Source: Piromyces finnis finn (taxonomy: Eukaryota > Fungi > Neocallimastigomycota). Taken from it: 64,000 nucleotides of DNA. The notes under the pieces are model-generated. The model was not told where the DNA came from, did not search any database, and was given only the letters and a program-made list of their open reading frames with translations. Below, in pieces: positions 37,840-51,123 of this stretch. Where the stretch lies: contig MCFH01000048.1 in the NCBI GenBank assembly GCA_002104945.1, positions 248,001 to 312,000 on the forward strand, read 5' to 3'. Numbering within the stretch: position 1 is the stretch's first letter; every line of letters begins with the position of its first letter. The position numbers were made by a program, and so were the translations under genes.

Positions 37840-38640
37840 TGATATAATTTGATAATAATCTTAATTTTGAATTTTACTTCAAAAAGTGATTATTATATTA
37901 TATCTTTTGTTATAACTATATAAGTTATATTGATTAAGATTTAAAATCGTTTTTATAAAAATTAATAAAATTGTTTTGTTAAAACACTAAATTGTTTTAT
38001 TAGAAACACTTGTTTTTCTAATATTTAAATATTTAAAATTTTATTTATTTAAGTATAAAAGTGATTATTAAAATTATAAAATATTAATCTAACTATATAA
38101 TATTTCTTTATTAATAATAATAATAATGATTAAAATAAGAATGTTTACATGTATTTATATTTTCTTTTAGATTTAAACTATTTACATTAAAACAATAAAA
38201 TTAATAACTATTTACAATAAAAGTAATTAGAAATAACAATAAAAGAAATAATTAAAAGTTAAAGAATATAAAAAGTTGTTTATTTTTACAATTAATTAAA
38301 GTAATAATTATTTTTAATGTTTTAATAAAGGTGTTTAATTATATTATTTTATAACATGAATTATTATATTTGTTTACTTTTAAAGTGTAATTTACTAACG
38401 AAGTTATTAAATATTTAATTTAACAATTAATTTAACAAGAGTTATATATTTTGATCTCGATTAATTAAAGTTTATTATTTTCTTTCAATAATCAAAATAT
38501 ATGCAGTGTTTAGGATTAATTTTATTTAAGAATTTTGGTAAAGTACTTAATTAAACTATAACTTGTTTTAAGTTACTTTTAGGGTTAACTTAAAAATCAG
38601 GTATAATAATAATTTTATATTTATTAATTTCATTATTTAT
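37840..38640. mobile_element. Family F solo LTR (inverted)
   Basis: Near-identical to 5900-6655 and continues through the site where A interrupts that copy. Confidence 0.8.
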
Positions 38641-38646
38641 AAAAAA

Positions 38647-39058
38647 TGATACGAAGAAAAATATTATCTTAATTCTATAAATGAATATAGAAAGTGATAA
38701 TATTTGTATCTAAAATTTAATAAATAAAAATAAATAAGAAAATAAAAATAGAATGAATGATTTTTATACTTGTTCATTTGCAAGTCTTTGTTAGTTTAAA
38801 ATATAAAATTATTTTATTTAATTATAAAGTTTTAATATTTAATAACTCTTGTATTATTAAATATATATATGTTATGGTTTAATACATCTTGAATGTATGT
38901 AAATATAATCACAACTATTATTTTAATAAAATTTAATATTATTATCTAATTTTACTGGATTATTAGGAACAATTTTAAAATAAAATGATTCTATCACTAT
39001 TTATACAAAATTATTATTTTAAAGTATAATTATAAACAAATATAAACTATTTAATTTA

Positions 39059-39089
<31 letters not shown>

Positions 39090-39163
39090 TTTACATTTAT
39101 AATTTTTAATTTAATAATTTTATACAAGTTAATTATTTTAATTTTTAACTATCTGTGTTTTAA

Positions 39164-39209
<46 letters not shown>

Positions 39210-39241
39210 AATTCATAATTTATAAATTTAATTATTTATCA
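38647..39241. mobile_element. Solo LTR family M (TGATACGAAG...TTATTTATCA)
   Basis: Homologs at 54857-55483 and, inverted, at ~33950-35319 and ~56940-57721. Contains a variable (ATT)n. Confidence 0.75.
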
Positions 39242-39246
39242 AAAAT

Positions 39247-40360
39247 TGATGCGTTGACCGATATATTTGTGAATAATATAATGTTTTTAATAAATAATAA
39301 ATTCTATATTATAATGATGAAACAATAAATTTAAAATAAAATAAAATATGTTTTATAATTAACAAATAAATCACTCAAAACTCGAAAATAAACTCTTATT
39401 ATGTTTTAAATTAAATCTTTATTATATTTTATAATTTATTTATTATCTGTTTATGGTCTTTTTATTCTCTATTTATTGTCCGCCCTTTATAAAGAAGAAT
39501 TTTATCTTCCTTTTATACATTTTCATTTATTTCATGTATTATTATTTTTAACTATTAAATATTATTATTACTATTGTTATTATTTATTAAAATTAAAAGA
39601 ATAAATTAAAATTATGTTTTAGTATTATAAAATATTATAGAATATTACTTATTTGATTTTCTTATTACTTCAAAATGTTTAAATTTAGAAAAATTATTAT
39701 AAATTATCATTGACTATCATTAAATGTATAATACCTTGAATAAAATAATTAAAATTTAAAATTAAAATAAAATTAAAATAAAATTAAAATAAAAATTTAA
39801 CAAAATTAAAATATTAAAAGTATCAATTATTATAAACACTCATTTTATACAGAAACATAAAAGAGTTCTGTATTTTATCTTTGGAATTGTTATTATTGTT
39901 CTATTTCCAGGTTTTAAGTTTATCATTTTAGTAATAATTACTCAATTAGTTATTTATTAATTTATAAGTTTAAGAGAATTTCTAAAGAACACTTGGATAA
40001 ACACTAGAATTAATAATTTGATGTATATCATTTTATTTTTAGTTTATTTATTCATTTTTATTTATTTATTATTATTTTATTATTTTAGTACATTATTGGA
40101 TTAAGTCGTTTTATTTTATTTAATAATTTATTTTATTTAATAATTTATTTTATTATTATCACTATTAGGTCGTTTTTACTCAGAATTTATTATATAATAA
40201 AGATAATATTATTTATTTAAAGAAAGGGTTATATTTTCATAAAATTATTATTCATTCATCTTTAAGGATTATTATTGTTTATTTTTATTATAAGTTACTA
40301 TGGGTTAAGTCGTGTTTATTCAGCTAGTTTTTATCATGTTTTTATGTGAGTAGCGTATCA
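39247..40360. mobile_element. Solo LTR family H, copy 1 (TGATGCGTTG...GCGTATCA)
   Basis: TG...CA ends, flanked by AAAT on both sides. Confidence 0.8.
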
Positions 40361-40364
40361 AAAT

Positions 40365-41469
40365 TGATGCGTTGACCGATATATTTGTGAATAATATAAT
40401 GTTTTTAATAAATAATAAATTCTATATTATAATGATGAAACAATAAATTTAAAATAAAATAAAATATGTTTTATAATTAACAAATAAATCACTCAAAAAC
40501 TCGAAAATAAACTCTTTTTATTATGTTTAAATTATCTCTTTATTATATTTATAATTTTATTTATTGTCTATTTATTGTCCCCCTTTATAAAGAAGAATTT
40601 TATCTTCTTTTTATACATTTTTCATTTATTACATGTATTATTATTTTTAACTATTAAATATTATTACTATTGTGATTATTTATTAAAATTAAAGAATAAA
40701 TTAAAATTATGTCTTAATATTATAAAAATGTTATAGAATATTACTTATTTGATTTTCTTATTACTTCAAAATGTTTAAAATTAGAAAAACTATTATAAAT
40801 TATCATTAACTATCATTAAATGTATAATACCTTGAATAAAATAATTAAAATTTAAAATTAAAATAATATTAAAATAAAATTAAAATAAAAATTAAAATAA
40901 AAATTGAAATAAAATTAATAAAATCAAATATTAAAAGTATCAATTAATATAAACACATTTTATACAGAAACATAAAAGAGTTCTGTATTTTATCTTTAAA
41001 ATTGTTATTATTGTTCTATTTCCAGGCTTTAAATTAATCACTTTTAGTAATAATTACTCAGTTATTTATTTGTTAATTTATATATATAAGTTTGAAAGAA
41101 TTTCTAAAGAACACTTGGATAAAACACTAGAATTAATAATTTAATGTATATCATTTTATTTTTTTAGTTTATTTATTCATTTTTATTTACTTATTATTAT
41201 TTTATTATTTTAATACATTTTTGGATTGAGTCGTTTTATTTTATTTAATAATTTATTTTATTATTATCTCTATTAAGTCGTTTTTATTCATAATTTATTA
41301 TTTAATAAAGAGAATATTATTTATTTAAAAGAAAGGGTTATATTTCCATAAAATTATTATTTATTCATTTTTAAGGGTTATTATCTTTTATTTTTATTAT
41401 AAGTCGCTATGGGTTAAGTCGTGTTTATTCGGCTAGTTTTTATTACGTTTTTATGTGAGTAGCGTATCA
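40365..41469. mobile_element. Solo LTR family H, copy 2
   Basis: Diverged tandem partner of copy 1, flanked by AAAT; ends 13 bp upstream of tRNA-Trp. Confidence 0.8.
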
Positions 41470-41482
41470 AAATTTTAACAAA

Positions 41483-41554
41483 GGAGGGTTGGCGCAACGG
41501 TAGCGCGTCCGCCTCCAGAGCGGAAGGTTGGGTGTTCGAATCACTCACTCTCCA
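41483..41554 (+). tRNA. tRNA-Trp(CCA)
   Basis: Cloverleaf as at 311-382, followed by TTTTT. Confidence 0.95.
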
Positions 41555-43263
41555 TTTTTAAAGATAATTTTATTTTTATAAATCATTGCATAATTTTTAA
41601 ATTATTAAAATTGAAAAATAAATATATGTTTTATAAAGTTTATTTATTAAAATTAATTTAATAAAGGTAATTACAAAGATTTTAATAATTCATTTACAAT
41701 TTTTTTATACTAAAATATGCGGCTAATGTTAATTAGTAATATTTTACATTACCAATATTCTAAGAAACATTAAATTAGTAATTTACATTATAATTTTATT
41801 AGTAATTAAGTTCTTGCTGAATTATATTCTTTCAAAAGCAATATTTAATATTTCTATAGTATAATATTAATATTATTTTTTATATAAAATTTTTATAGTT
41901 CTATATGTATTTTTATATTTTGATAATTATATTGTATAATTATAATACGTTTCCATTTAATTATTCATATATTTAATATTAAATAAATAAATAGAGCAAC
42001 AATAACAATAATTATTTAATAAACCAAAATAATAGAGCTAAATTAAAGTAAATTAAATACGTATTTTTGATTCAATTTGAGTAAACCTACTATGGAGTTT
42101 ATGTATTATTTATATTATTTATACATATATAAATAAAAAATATTAATTTTAATTTAATTATGATATATTTTTTATAAAAATATTAAATAAATCCTATTTT
42201 TAATACTACATTAAAATCATTAAAGTAATTTAAAATAAATAGAAAGTAAAAAATAAACTATTTTATAATTATTTTGAATAAGTTTACTTGTTCTATAAAT
42301 CTAAATATTTATCAAAATTTTATTTAATTTTTGAAGTAATCTTTTATAAAAATATGTATTTATTTTTGAAATTAAAATTTATGTATTTTTATAAAGTGAT
42401 ACCTTTTTTTTAGGTATTTTAAAATTTAAATTTAAAAAATTATATGAAAGAATATAAGGAATTTGTTATTTTAATGTTTAATCAATATTCCTAATACTTT
42501 GTAAAAAAGATGAAAAAAATGAATCCGAAAGATAAATAAAAATAGTATTTTTAAAATATATCTATCGTAATGTATTATGTTTAGTAAGATAAATATATTT
42601 CATGCTATTAATATAGTAATGTAAAGTATATTAATTTAGTAATAAATTTCAAATTTATTAATATATAAATCTTTTCAATATATTATTTATTATTGTTTAA
42701 AAAGCTTTAATATAAAATATTAATTATTATTATTATCTTTTAAATTAAAATCATATTAATACATATGAGCATAAAAAACAAAAATAATTTTTTCTTCCTT
42801 TTTATTTTTAAATTATTACAAAACAAAAAAATAAAATTTGTAAAAGAATTTTCTCTTTTTCTACTACTATTATAACTATATTTAATTCAAGTCAAAATAT
42901 GTTTACCCTTTAGTTATTTAATAACTATATAAAAGTATTTTTCTAATATTATATATCAAAGTATAAAATTATTAAAATAAAAACATCAATAATTTAATAA
43001 TACTTAACTCCTTTTTTTTATATATATTGTTTTAGTTTTTTATTTATTTTTTATCGGAGCAGAAAACATGATTCCATATAATAAATAATCGTATACAGAC
43101 TTATTTTATTATACTGATATTTATTATTATGATTTTTTTAAACTTTATTTATATATTACTTCATTAGTTAAAATAAATAAGTTTTTATTAAATTATATTT
43201 ATAAAATATATTATAAATAAATAAAACTACTATTATAATGAATTTTTTATAAAATATTTAAAC

Positions 43264-43337
43264 CACTCACGGCGGGACTCGAACCCGCAATCTTCAGATT
43301 AGAAGTCTGACGCCCTATCCAATTAGGCTACGCGAGC
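43264..43337 (-). tRNA. tRNA-Arg(TCT)
   Basis: Reverse complement GCTCGCG...; anticodon arm TCAGA-CTTCTAA-TCTGA; B box GGTTCGAGTCC. Confidence 0.93.
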
Positions 43338-43401
43338 TTCTACATCTTTTTGTGTAATAATTCCATTATAAATTATTATATAATAGAATTATTAACTACA
43401 A

Positions 43402-44461
43402 TGTCACGAATACTAGTGAAATTACAATTTCAAGATCACTTGGAATTGTGAAATCACTTATGAAAATTCAAAATCAACAAATATTTTATTTTCAAATAAA
43501 TTATAAAATTTTATTAAGAAATATTTAAAAATTTAGGAAAGGTTAAAATATGACCTTAACCCTTAATAATTTTTATAATAAATAACTTTAACCCTTATCG
43601 TTAAAATGGAATAAGAAAAAACACGCGTATCTTTTTTGGTTATAATTACGTTCGTTAGAAAGCCACGCTCGAGACAAACAACATATTTTAAAATCAGGTC
43701 AATATCTCTGCTGGTTCACGAGATATTCCAATTTAAAGATACTTTGTTAGCAATGATTAATTGTTTATTCAGAGAATGATCACCCCTGATATATCAAACA
43801 TAAATCATTCACTCAAAGTATAAAAATTATTGTTTAATTAAATTAAAATTATTTTCCGGAACTAATTAACTTTATTTTATAATAATTATTTCAATAACAT
43901 AATTTATAATCTTTGAACTAGAGGATTATAATTATTAATATTATATTCAATGAATTATATTATAATTAAGAAATAATTAATATTATGAATATTATAAACA
44001 ATAGTTATTTTTTAATAATTAGGAATAAGTCTTAAGTTTAGTTTAAGTATTATAAAATATATTATGAATATAATCATGTATTGAAAAGTTATTTTATTAT
44101 TAAATGTAAAATTACAAATAGTATAAATAGTTTAGAATAGTTATGAAATTAAAATCTTTGTAAAGATTATTAACTATAAATTGTTAACTATAGATTATTA
44201 ACTAGAAATTATTAATTATTAATAATAATTAATACTTAATGAGTATTACTACTAAATAATCTTATTATTATATTTTAGCAATATATTATTAAATAAAATA
44301 AAAGAAATTATTTTAACCATAATATATAATTTAATTATTCATTTATAAATCAATTAAGATTATTTTAATAAAACATTTTTTTTTCTAACCTAGTTATCTT
44401 TTAACCTTTTATTTAATTTGATATTTTAATATTAAATTATAAGTTTAGTAAAACTTTTACA
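43402..44461. mobile_element. Solo LTR family K
   Basis: TSD TACAA (43397-43401 / 44462-44466). Confidence 0.9.
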
Positions 44462-44468
44462 TACAATT

Positions 44469-45600
44469 TGTGAAGATATTAACTGGATTTAAAATAAATT
44501 CAGATAATATCTATAATTAATTAAACATAATAATTATAATTAAATAATTTCAATAATTATTTTAAAACACTTTTAAAAGTCACCTTTTAAATTTTGATTC
44601 AGTGAAAGGGTTATGATTTCAAAAATTTAATATCAATACACTATAACCCTTAACCAAAAATAAGCAAGTACGAAATAAGGTGTAACTCGCCAAAAACGAT
44701 CGCTACGGCTGTAAGTGCTACGGTGATGAAACTAGGTTTATTGGAAAGCTTAGGAAGAAAGCTACAATTTGGTACAATCGCGGTCCTTCTAACTGATCAT
44801 TTAAGGAAGTTATGATTATTTAAAGATTTTATTAGGTAAATTAAAATCAATATGATATCAAGTATGGATCATAAATATTTCTTATGACTTGATGAAATTA
44901 AAAATATATCAATAGGAATTTTAGTTATATTAATTTAATTAATGATAACGATTGTTACTAAAAATAGAACTAGACCCATTTAGGTGTAACAGTTAACACC
45001 TATAAATTAAATAATCTTAATTATTATAAAATAGGTTAACGGCAAGTTTTATTAGAAATAATTTTGAAAATAATAATTATTTAATTATAACAAATATGTT
45101 ATGGTAATATCAATTAATAATGATGAATTATTAATTGAATAGTTTTTATAATTACTAATTAGGATCAACTGTTTAAATGATTAATCATATGTTTATTTTA
45201 TTTTATGTCATGACAAACAAACAAACAAACAAACAATCTTATTACTTATTTAATTATATTACTAATATATTACATGTAATACTTTATTCTTATTAATATC
45301 AATTTAATAATCTGAACAAAGAATATAAAAGAGAATGAATTGAATTCGATTTTAATTCTTTGTAAAGATTATAGTTATAATCTTAATTATATAGTTACTT
45401 ATAATATCATTTATATTATTATTATTAAATAAATAAAAAATTTATAAAAAGTTATTTTAAAGTAAATATAAATTTTTCATTTTTCATTTGGGAGTTTAAG
45501 GTGTTATTTTATAATTAAATTTAATTTCTTAAAAAACATTTTTACTATATAATTAATAACATTCTGACCTGGCCGCATAACCAAACCCAAAAACTTAACA
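44469..45600. mobile_element. Solo LTR family A (1132 bp)
   Basis: TSD CAATT (44464-44468 / 45601-45605); appears identical to 30217-31348. Confidence 0.92.
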
Positions 45601-46423
45601 CAATTTATTGATAAATTGAGAATAAAAAGAAAATAAATATTAATACTTATCTTTAAGTTCGAGTTTATTATAAGAGTAGAAATAATTTTACACTTTAATA
45701 AGTTAATATGTTTTATTATAACTAAGTTAAGTAAAATAAAATTAAAAACGCTTTTATTATTATAATTTGTTTCTTATAATAATAACTCTTGATTTCTTAG
45801 AAGGGAATCAAGAGTCTTTATTTATATTATTTAATAAATTTAAAGTTTAAATTAAAATTTTATCTAATCTTAACAAAATAATTTTTTGTTTAGGAAAAGA
45901 TTAGAAGAAAAACCTAAACAAAGTTCGATCAACATTCTATACATATTGATCATCGTATATTTTAAGTAAAACCAATTATTTTAGAAATTGGAAAAAACCT
46001 TAAAATATCGATTCCTAAACAATGAATAATTATTTTAAGGTAATTAATTAAATAAATAATTAAATATATTTGATAAAAATATAAAGTTAAATAAAAGTAA
46101 TTAATTAAATTAATTAATTAAATGAATAAATATAATTAATAAAAATATAAAGTTAAATAAAAGTAATTAATTAAATTAATTAGTTAAATGCATAAATATA
46201 ATTAATAAAAATATTAAATAAAATATTAATGAATAATATAATTAAATGGCTAAATATAATTTAAGATATTAAAATTAAGTGAAAATAAATAATTAAAATA
46301 AATTTAAATGAGAATAATTATTTAAATAAACTAATATTAATAACATTAATTAATGATTAATAATTAATGATTTTAACTAAGAAATATTAATTATGTATCA
46401 AATAATTATTATTTCTTACATTT

Positions 46424-47215
46424 TGTCACAATAACATATATAAAAATTTAAAAAATTTGGACACATGAAAAAAATTAAAAATTTTTTTAAAATTTGAAAA
46501 TTTGAAAATTTGAAAAAATTTTTATTTTAAATTTATTAACTATTTACAATAATTATATTAATTATTAATTTATAAAAATTAAATATTTTATAATTAGACA
46601 ATAATTAATTAAAATTAAAAAATGTAATAATTAAAATTGTTCAGTATAAAAAGAACAAAAATTGACAAAAATTACGAAGCTTTAGCGTTAGTAATTTTTT
46701 AACTTAAAGTTAATAAAATTTATAAACTCCTATAAAACCTAAAACTTTAAAAAATTTAATATTTTTAATAACTTAATATATGCTGATATTAAGTTATTGC
46801 TAAAATAAAAATATTATTTAATTTTCTTTATATAAATATTATTAGCTTTACGCCTTCAATAGAAAAGCGTATTATATTTGTTAATTAATATAACTAGTGT
46901 GCTTACCACACTTTTCTTTAATAAAAAACCGCTTTTTGACATTACTAACGCTTATTATAAAAGTGCGCTAAGCACAAATTAGTTAGTAATTATTAATAAC
47001 TAAATATAATAATTAAAGTTTAATGGAAAAATCTCCACTTACACCTATTAAAGTGGATACAAGAGAATTTTTTAACCGCCTACAAACTACCAAGAGAGAA
47101 CGTTCCCCAGGAAATACTCCCGTAAGAAAATCAAAGATGCCTAATCATTCCGGACAAACTAATGCTTCTACGAGTAATCCTACTCAGAAGCCAACTACTA
47201 ATGAGGATCTCAAGG
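46424..47215 (+). mobile_element. 5' fragment of a family-D gypsy element: LTR, self-priming PBS and start of gag
   Basis: LTR at 46424-46941. PBS TTACTAACGCT (46942-46952) is complementary to 46684-46694. An ORF from 47023 (MEKSPLTP...) runs into inverted copia sequence. Confidence 0.75.
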
Positions 47216-47500
47216 CCCTCATTGAGGGTTGGTGAGAATGTGTCTTTGTAGTCTATACCTTCTTCTTGTTTGTATCCACGAGCGACAAGTCTCGCTTTTC
47301 TTTTACTGATGTTTCCTTCGGAATCATATTTGTATTTGAATACCCATCTTGGTGAAATAAGGTTTGCACCCTTTGGAAGTTTGTTTATTCTTGTGTAGAC
47401 ATTTAAATCTTTCATGTTTTTTAATTCTTCTTTAACAGCTTTAAGCCATTCTGTTTTGTCGTGCATTTTATAAATGTCCTTGAGCCTCTTTGGTTCATTG
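47215..47500 (-). pseudogene. N-terminal fragment of copia reverse transcriptase
   Basis: WLKAVKEEL...ISPRWVFKYK...RKARLVARGYKQEEGIDY, separated from the integrase by a frameshifted linker. Confidence 0.85.
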
Positions 47501-48071
47501 TTTTTATTGAATTTACTGAATTCATCTGTTGCTAGATTTGCAAGAATGTCATTAATGTTAAATCTTTTTATTCTTTTTGAATTGTGAATATCATCTGTAC
47601 CTTTTCTCTTGGTTTTATTATTTATGTTATTAACATTGTTGTTATTATTAATGACATCATTATTTGAGTTATTTTTATTTTGTAAATTTTAATGTTGAGA
47701 TTATCATTATCATTTTTATTTATATTATTCCCTTCAATTTTATTTCCTTTATTTATGATGTTTACTTTATGTAATGAATTATAGTTTGATTTATTATTAT
47801 TTATATTTTTACTTATATCTTTATATGTATTATTATCTTGGTATTTGTTGGTGTTATTTTCAGTAATTGAGGAAGTGTTATTAAGATCATTTAAATTATT
47901 AAGATTGTCTTTACTTACCTCATTGTTTTTATAATTTTTATTTAATGTATTATCGATATTATTAGTGTTGTTAACATTATTTATAATTTGTTTATTTTCA
48001 TTTGGTTTATTTTTGGAAGTTTTTATATTTTGATGGATTTCTTTTAAGTTATTTAGAATGTAGTTATTTTT

Positions 48072-49946
48072 TTAATTGTAATTTTCTTTATCAATATGTT
48101 TGTTTATATTGTTTTGGTTGTTTAAAATGTTTTGATAATTTAAATAATTTTGATCAATTGAATTATGTAATTTATCTGATAAGATTTTATTCGATTGATT
48201 TAATTGGTTTAAATTATTATTTAAAATATTAAATTTATCATATAAATTATTAATTAAATTGGTTAAGGTATTATAATGGGTTGAGGAATTTGTATTATTA
48301 ATACTTGGGGTATTATTTAATACGTCATTAAAATTTTTAAAATTACTATTTAATTGTGTGTGGGGAATTGAATGGAAATGATCAATTTGAGGATTTTGAT
48401 ATTTATTTTTATTTAAAATATTAAAATTTGGTGTGTTATTTAAATTTAAATTATTTGAGGCGTCATAAAAATTATTATTAATATTATTAGAGTCATAATT
48501 TTGAGGATTTTCATTTGAAGAAAAATTTTGATTGTAATTAAAATTAAAGTTATTATTATAATCATCGTCTGTCCCCCCGACTTCAGAATAGGGTGTGAAG
48601 TTTAGAAAATCTGGAACAGAAGGTGGAGCAAGAGAATTACCTGGAGTATCTTCAAAGAATTCGACACATCTAGAAAGAATGATTTTATTATTTGTAGTGT
48701 CGTAAATACGATATGTAGTGGGGTTAGTATCGTAACCAAGAAAGATACCTGGAAGAGAAGATCCAGTGAACTTCTTACGAAATTGTTTAGGAACGAAGAA
48801 ATAAACTTTACAACCAAAGACTCTAAAATTGTTAAAGTCAACTTTATCCTCAAAGAGCACTTCGTAGGGGATATTGTTGTTGATACCTTTGTAAGGAATT
48901 CTGTTATGGATGTAGTTAGCTGTATTAACAGCATCTTCCCAAAATTTGTGGTTGAGTTTCGCGTCTTTGAGCATGGCAGAGGCGTTATAAATAAGAGTGT
49001 TGTGTAAACGTTTTGCTCTACCGTTTTGTTGTGGATTATATGGAATGGTAAATTGGTGAATAATACCATTTTGTTCGCAAAAAGAAGTAAAGTTGTTATT
49101 TGTGAACTCTGTGCCATTGTCGGTTTTTATGTACTTGATAGATTTATTAAAAATATTTTTTACTTTGTTATACCAACTAATAAAGGAAGGATAAACATCA
49201 CTTTTATTTTTAATGAATAAAACCCAGGCATATCTAGAGTGGTCATCTAGAATAGAAAGGAAGTATTTGTTGCCTTGAATTGAAGTATCAGGAGAGCTAA
49301 CAAGATCCATATGAATTAATTCAAAAGGTTCTTTAGCCTTTTGTTTATTAGGATGGTATGGCTTATTCTTAAGTTTTGAATGAGCACATATCTCACATTT
49401 ATCGGTTATTTTTATTTTGGATAGCTTATCTTTTAGAAGGTCTATATTGAAATGACCTAATCTCCTGTGCCATAAGTCAAAATCGCTATTTTTAATGTTT
49501 TTGACTAAATTGTCACAGTAAACATGTTGATAATTTTTGTTATTAAATTTAAAATTAATCATTTTGGTGGACATATTTAATCGAAAAGTATGTGATTTTC
49601 CAGATGGAATATTACATATTTTCTTTTTGTTATTTTCTAATATACTAACGTATCTAATATTTTTTAGTTTATAGAAAATAACTTTGTAGTTTTGATCAAT
49701 AAGTTGATCAATAGAAATTAGGTTTCTTTTAAATTCAGGAACGTAGAGTACATCATACAAGGTTAATTTTATATTATTAATATAACCTGTGAATGTACCA
49801 GTTTTCTTGGAGTAGAAACATTCACCATTTGCGACATTAATGCATATATTGCATTCAGATACATTATGTAAAATGCTAATGTCGTTGGTCATGTTGAAGG
49901 ATGCACCTGAATCTAAAGTCCAGCAGATAATTTTATTTTTATTCAC
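48072..49946 (-). CDS. Copia protease, GAG-pre-integrase and integrase (ends prematurely in the linker)
   Basis: WTLDSGAS; LWHRRLGH...C..C; IHMDL, KTDNGTEF and PQQNGRAKR motifs. Confidence 0.9.
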   Translation of the reverse strand: MNKNKIICWTLDSGASFNMTNDISILHNVSECNICINVANGECFYSKKTGTFTGYINNIKLTLYDVLYVPEFKRNLISIDQLIDQNYKVIFYKLKNIRYVSILENNKKKICNIPSGKSHTFRLNMSTKMINFKFNNKNYQHVYCDNLVKNIKNSDFDLWHRRLGHFNIDLLKDKLSKIKITDKCEICAHSKLKNKPYHPNKQKAKEPFELIHMDLVSSPDTSIQGNKYFLSILDDHSRYAWVLFIKNKSDVYPSFISWYNKVKNIFNKSIKYIKTDNGTEFTNNNFTSFCEQNGIIHQFTIPYNPQQNGRAKRLHNTLIYNASAMLKDAKLNHKFWEDAVNTANYIHNRIPYKGINNNIPYEVLFEDKVDFNNFRVFGCKVYFFVPKQFRKKFTGSSLPGIFLGYDTNPTTYRIYDTTNNKIILSRCVEFFEDTPGNSLAPPSVPDFLNFTPYSEVGGTDDDYNNNFNFNYNQNFSSNENPQNYDSNNINNNFYDASNNLNLNNTPNFNILNKNKYQNPQIDHFHSIPHTQLNSNFKNFNDVLNNTPSINNTNSSTHYNTLTNLINNLYDKFNILNNNLNQLNQSNKILSDKLHNSIDQNYLNYQNILNNQNNINKHIDKENYN

Positions 49947-49947
49947 A

Positions 49948-50928
49948 TTAACACCTCGGTTTGTGAGTAGATAAGTTGGATTCTAGTCCAAACTCTGATT
50001 CATAGTCACTTGAAAAATTTTCTTCTAAACAAGAACTTTGAGAATAAGTTTCTTCTTTATTATTTGTTGTATTATCTGCAAAAGTTTTATATCTTTTATT
50101 TTTATATTTTCTATTTTTATTATTAAAATTTTTGTTGTTCTTTTTATTTTTCCAGCAATCCCTAGCTATGTGGCCAGCCTTGTGGCAGATATGGCATTTT
50201 TTGATAGTACGGTTATTTTTGTTGATATTTTTGGTTTCCGTACTATACCCAACATTTTTATTTTTGTATTGTTGGTCGTCTAGTATTTTTAGAAATTGCA
50301 ATCTTGGGACGGTACTTTCCATATGCTTCTTGCATTTGTCCCAGTTATTCTGATATATGATTATACTGGAGAAAATAATCACATCAGTAGGTAATGATTT
50401 ATAGAGAAAATTAAAATTTTCATCATTTGATTTTGGTTCACCTAAGCTTTCTAGTTCGTTAAATATGTTTTCCATGTTGGAAATGTGCATGGAAATGTCG
50501 TCGTTTGACCTGAACTTAATTTCGTTTAATTCCTTGAGAAGGAAAGCCTTTCTTTCATGGTCGCCCTTGTTGTATGTGTTCTTTAGTAGCTTCCATATTT
50601 CGAATGCAGTATTTTTAGAAAAGTCCACCTTATTATGAACTTCTTTATTTATATTGTGACTGAGAAATAATCTAGTTCTTGTGTCTTCTGAGATCATGTC
50701 CTCAGTCACGTCACTGCTATAGTACATAAGTGGATTTTCTTCCACCTGTATATGATTTTTCAGGTCAACTTCTTTTATATCAGATTTCTTTATTTTCTTC
50801 AGTTTTTCGGAGCTAATGTACTGGTAGAGTTTATGGGTCTTTAAAATCATCTTCATGTCTTCTGCCCATATCTTGTAGTTAGCACCAGTGAGCTCTTCTT
50901 TAGTATTCATAAAATTTTTGTTGTCCAT
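49948..50928 (-). CDS. Copia Gag
   Basis: LTGANYKIWAEDMKMILK N-terminus, UBN2-like core and CCHC knuckle CHICHKAGHIARDC. Confidence 0.9.
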   Translation of the reverse strand: MDNKNFMNTKEELTGANYKIWAEDMKMILKTHKLYQYISSEKLKKIKKSDIKEVDLKNHIQVEENPLMYYSSDVTEDMISEDTRTRLFLSHNINKEVHNKVDFSKNTAFEIWKLLKNTYNKGDHERKAFLLKELNEIKFRSNDDISMHISNMENIFNELESLGEPKSNDENFNFLYKSLPTDVIIFSSIIIYQNNWDKCKKHMESTVPRLQFLKILDDQQYKNKNVGYSTETKNINKNNRTIKKCHICHKAGHIARDCWKNKKNNKNFNNKNRKYKNKRYKTFADNTTNNKEETYSQSSCLEENFSSDYESEFGLESNLSTHKPRC

Positions 50929-51123
50929 CTTAAAATACGTTTTTTTATTTTGAATTTATTATTTTTTTTTTTTAAAATTTTTTTAAAATTTTAAAATTTA
51001 AAATTTCAATTTGAAATCTTGAAATTATACTTTTTTTTTAAATCCTTTTAGTTAGGAAGTATTGTGTTTTTTTTTTTTTTTAGTATTTACTTATTACTTA
51101 ATTTGCAACACTGAGAATCTTAC

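Larger units (their letters stand above)
43351..46420. mobile_element. Family E solo LTR (inverted) carrying K and A insertions
   Basis: Runs TGTGTAATAA...TTTCTTACA, starts 13 bp upstream of tRNA-Arg, and is flanked by TTTT on both sides. Confidence 0.8.

Noticed and set aside
41555-43263. Unique AT-rich spacer between convergent Trp and Arg tRNAs
   Set aside because: No ORF, repeat or RNA structure was recognised. Its lack of LTRs simply fits upstream-only targeting.
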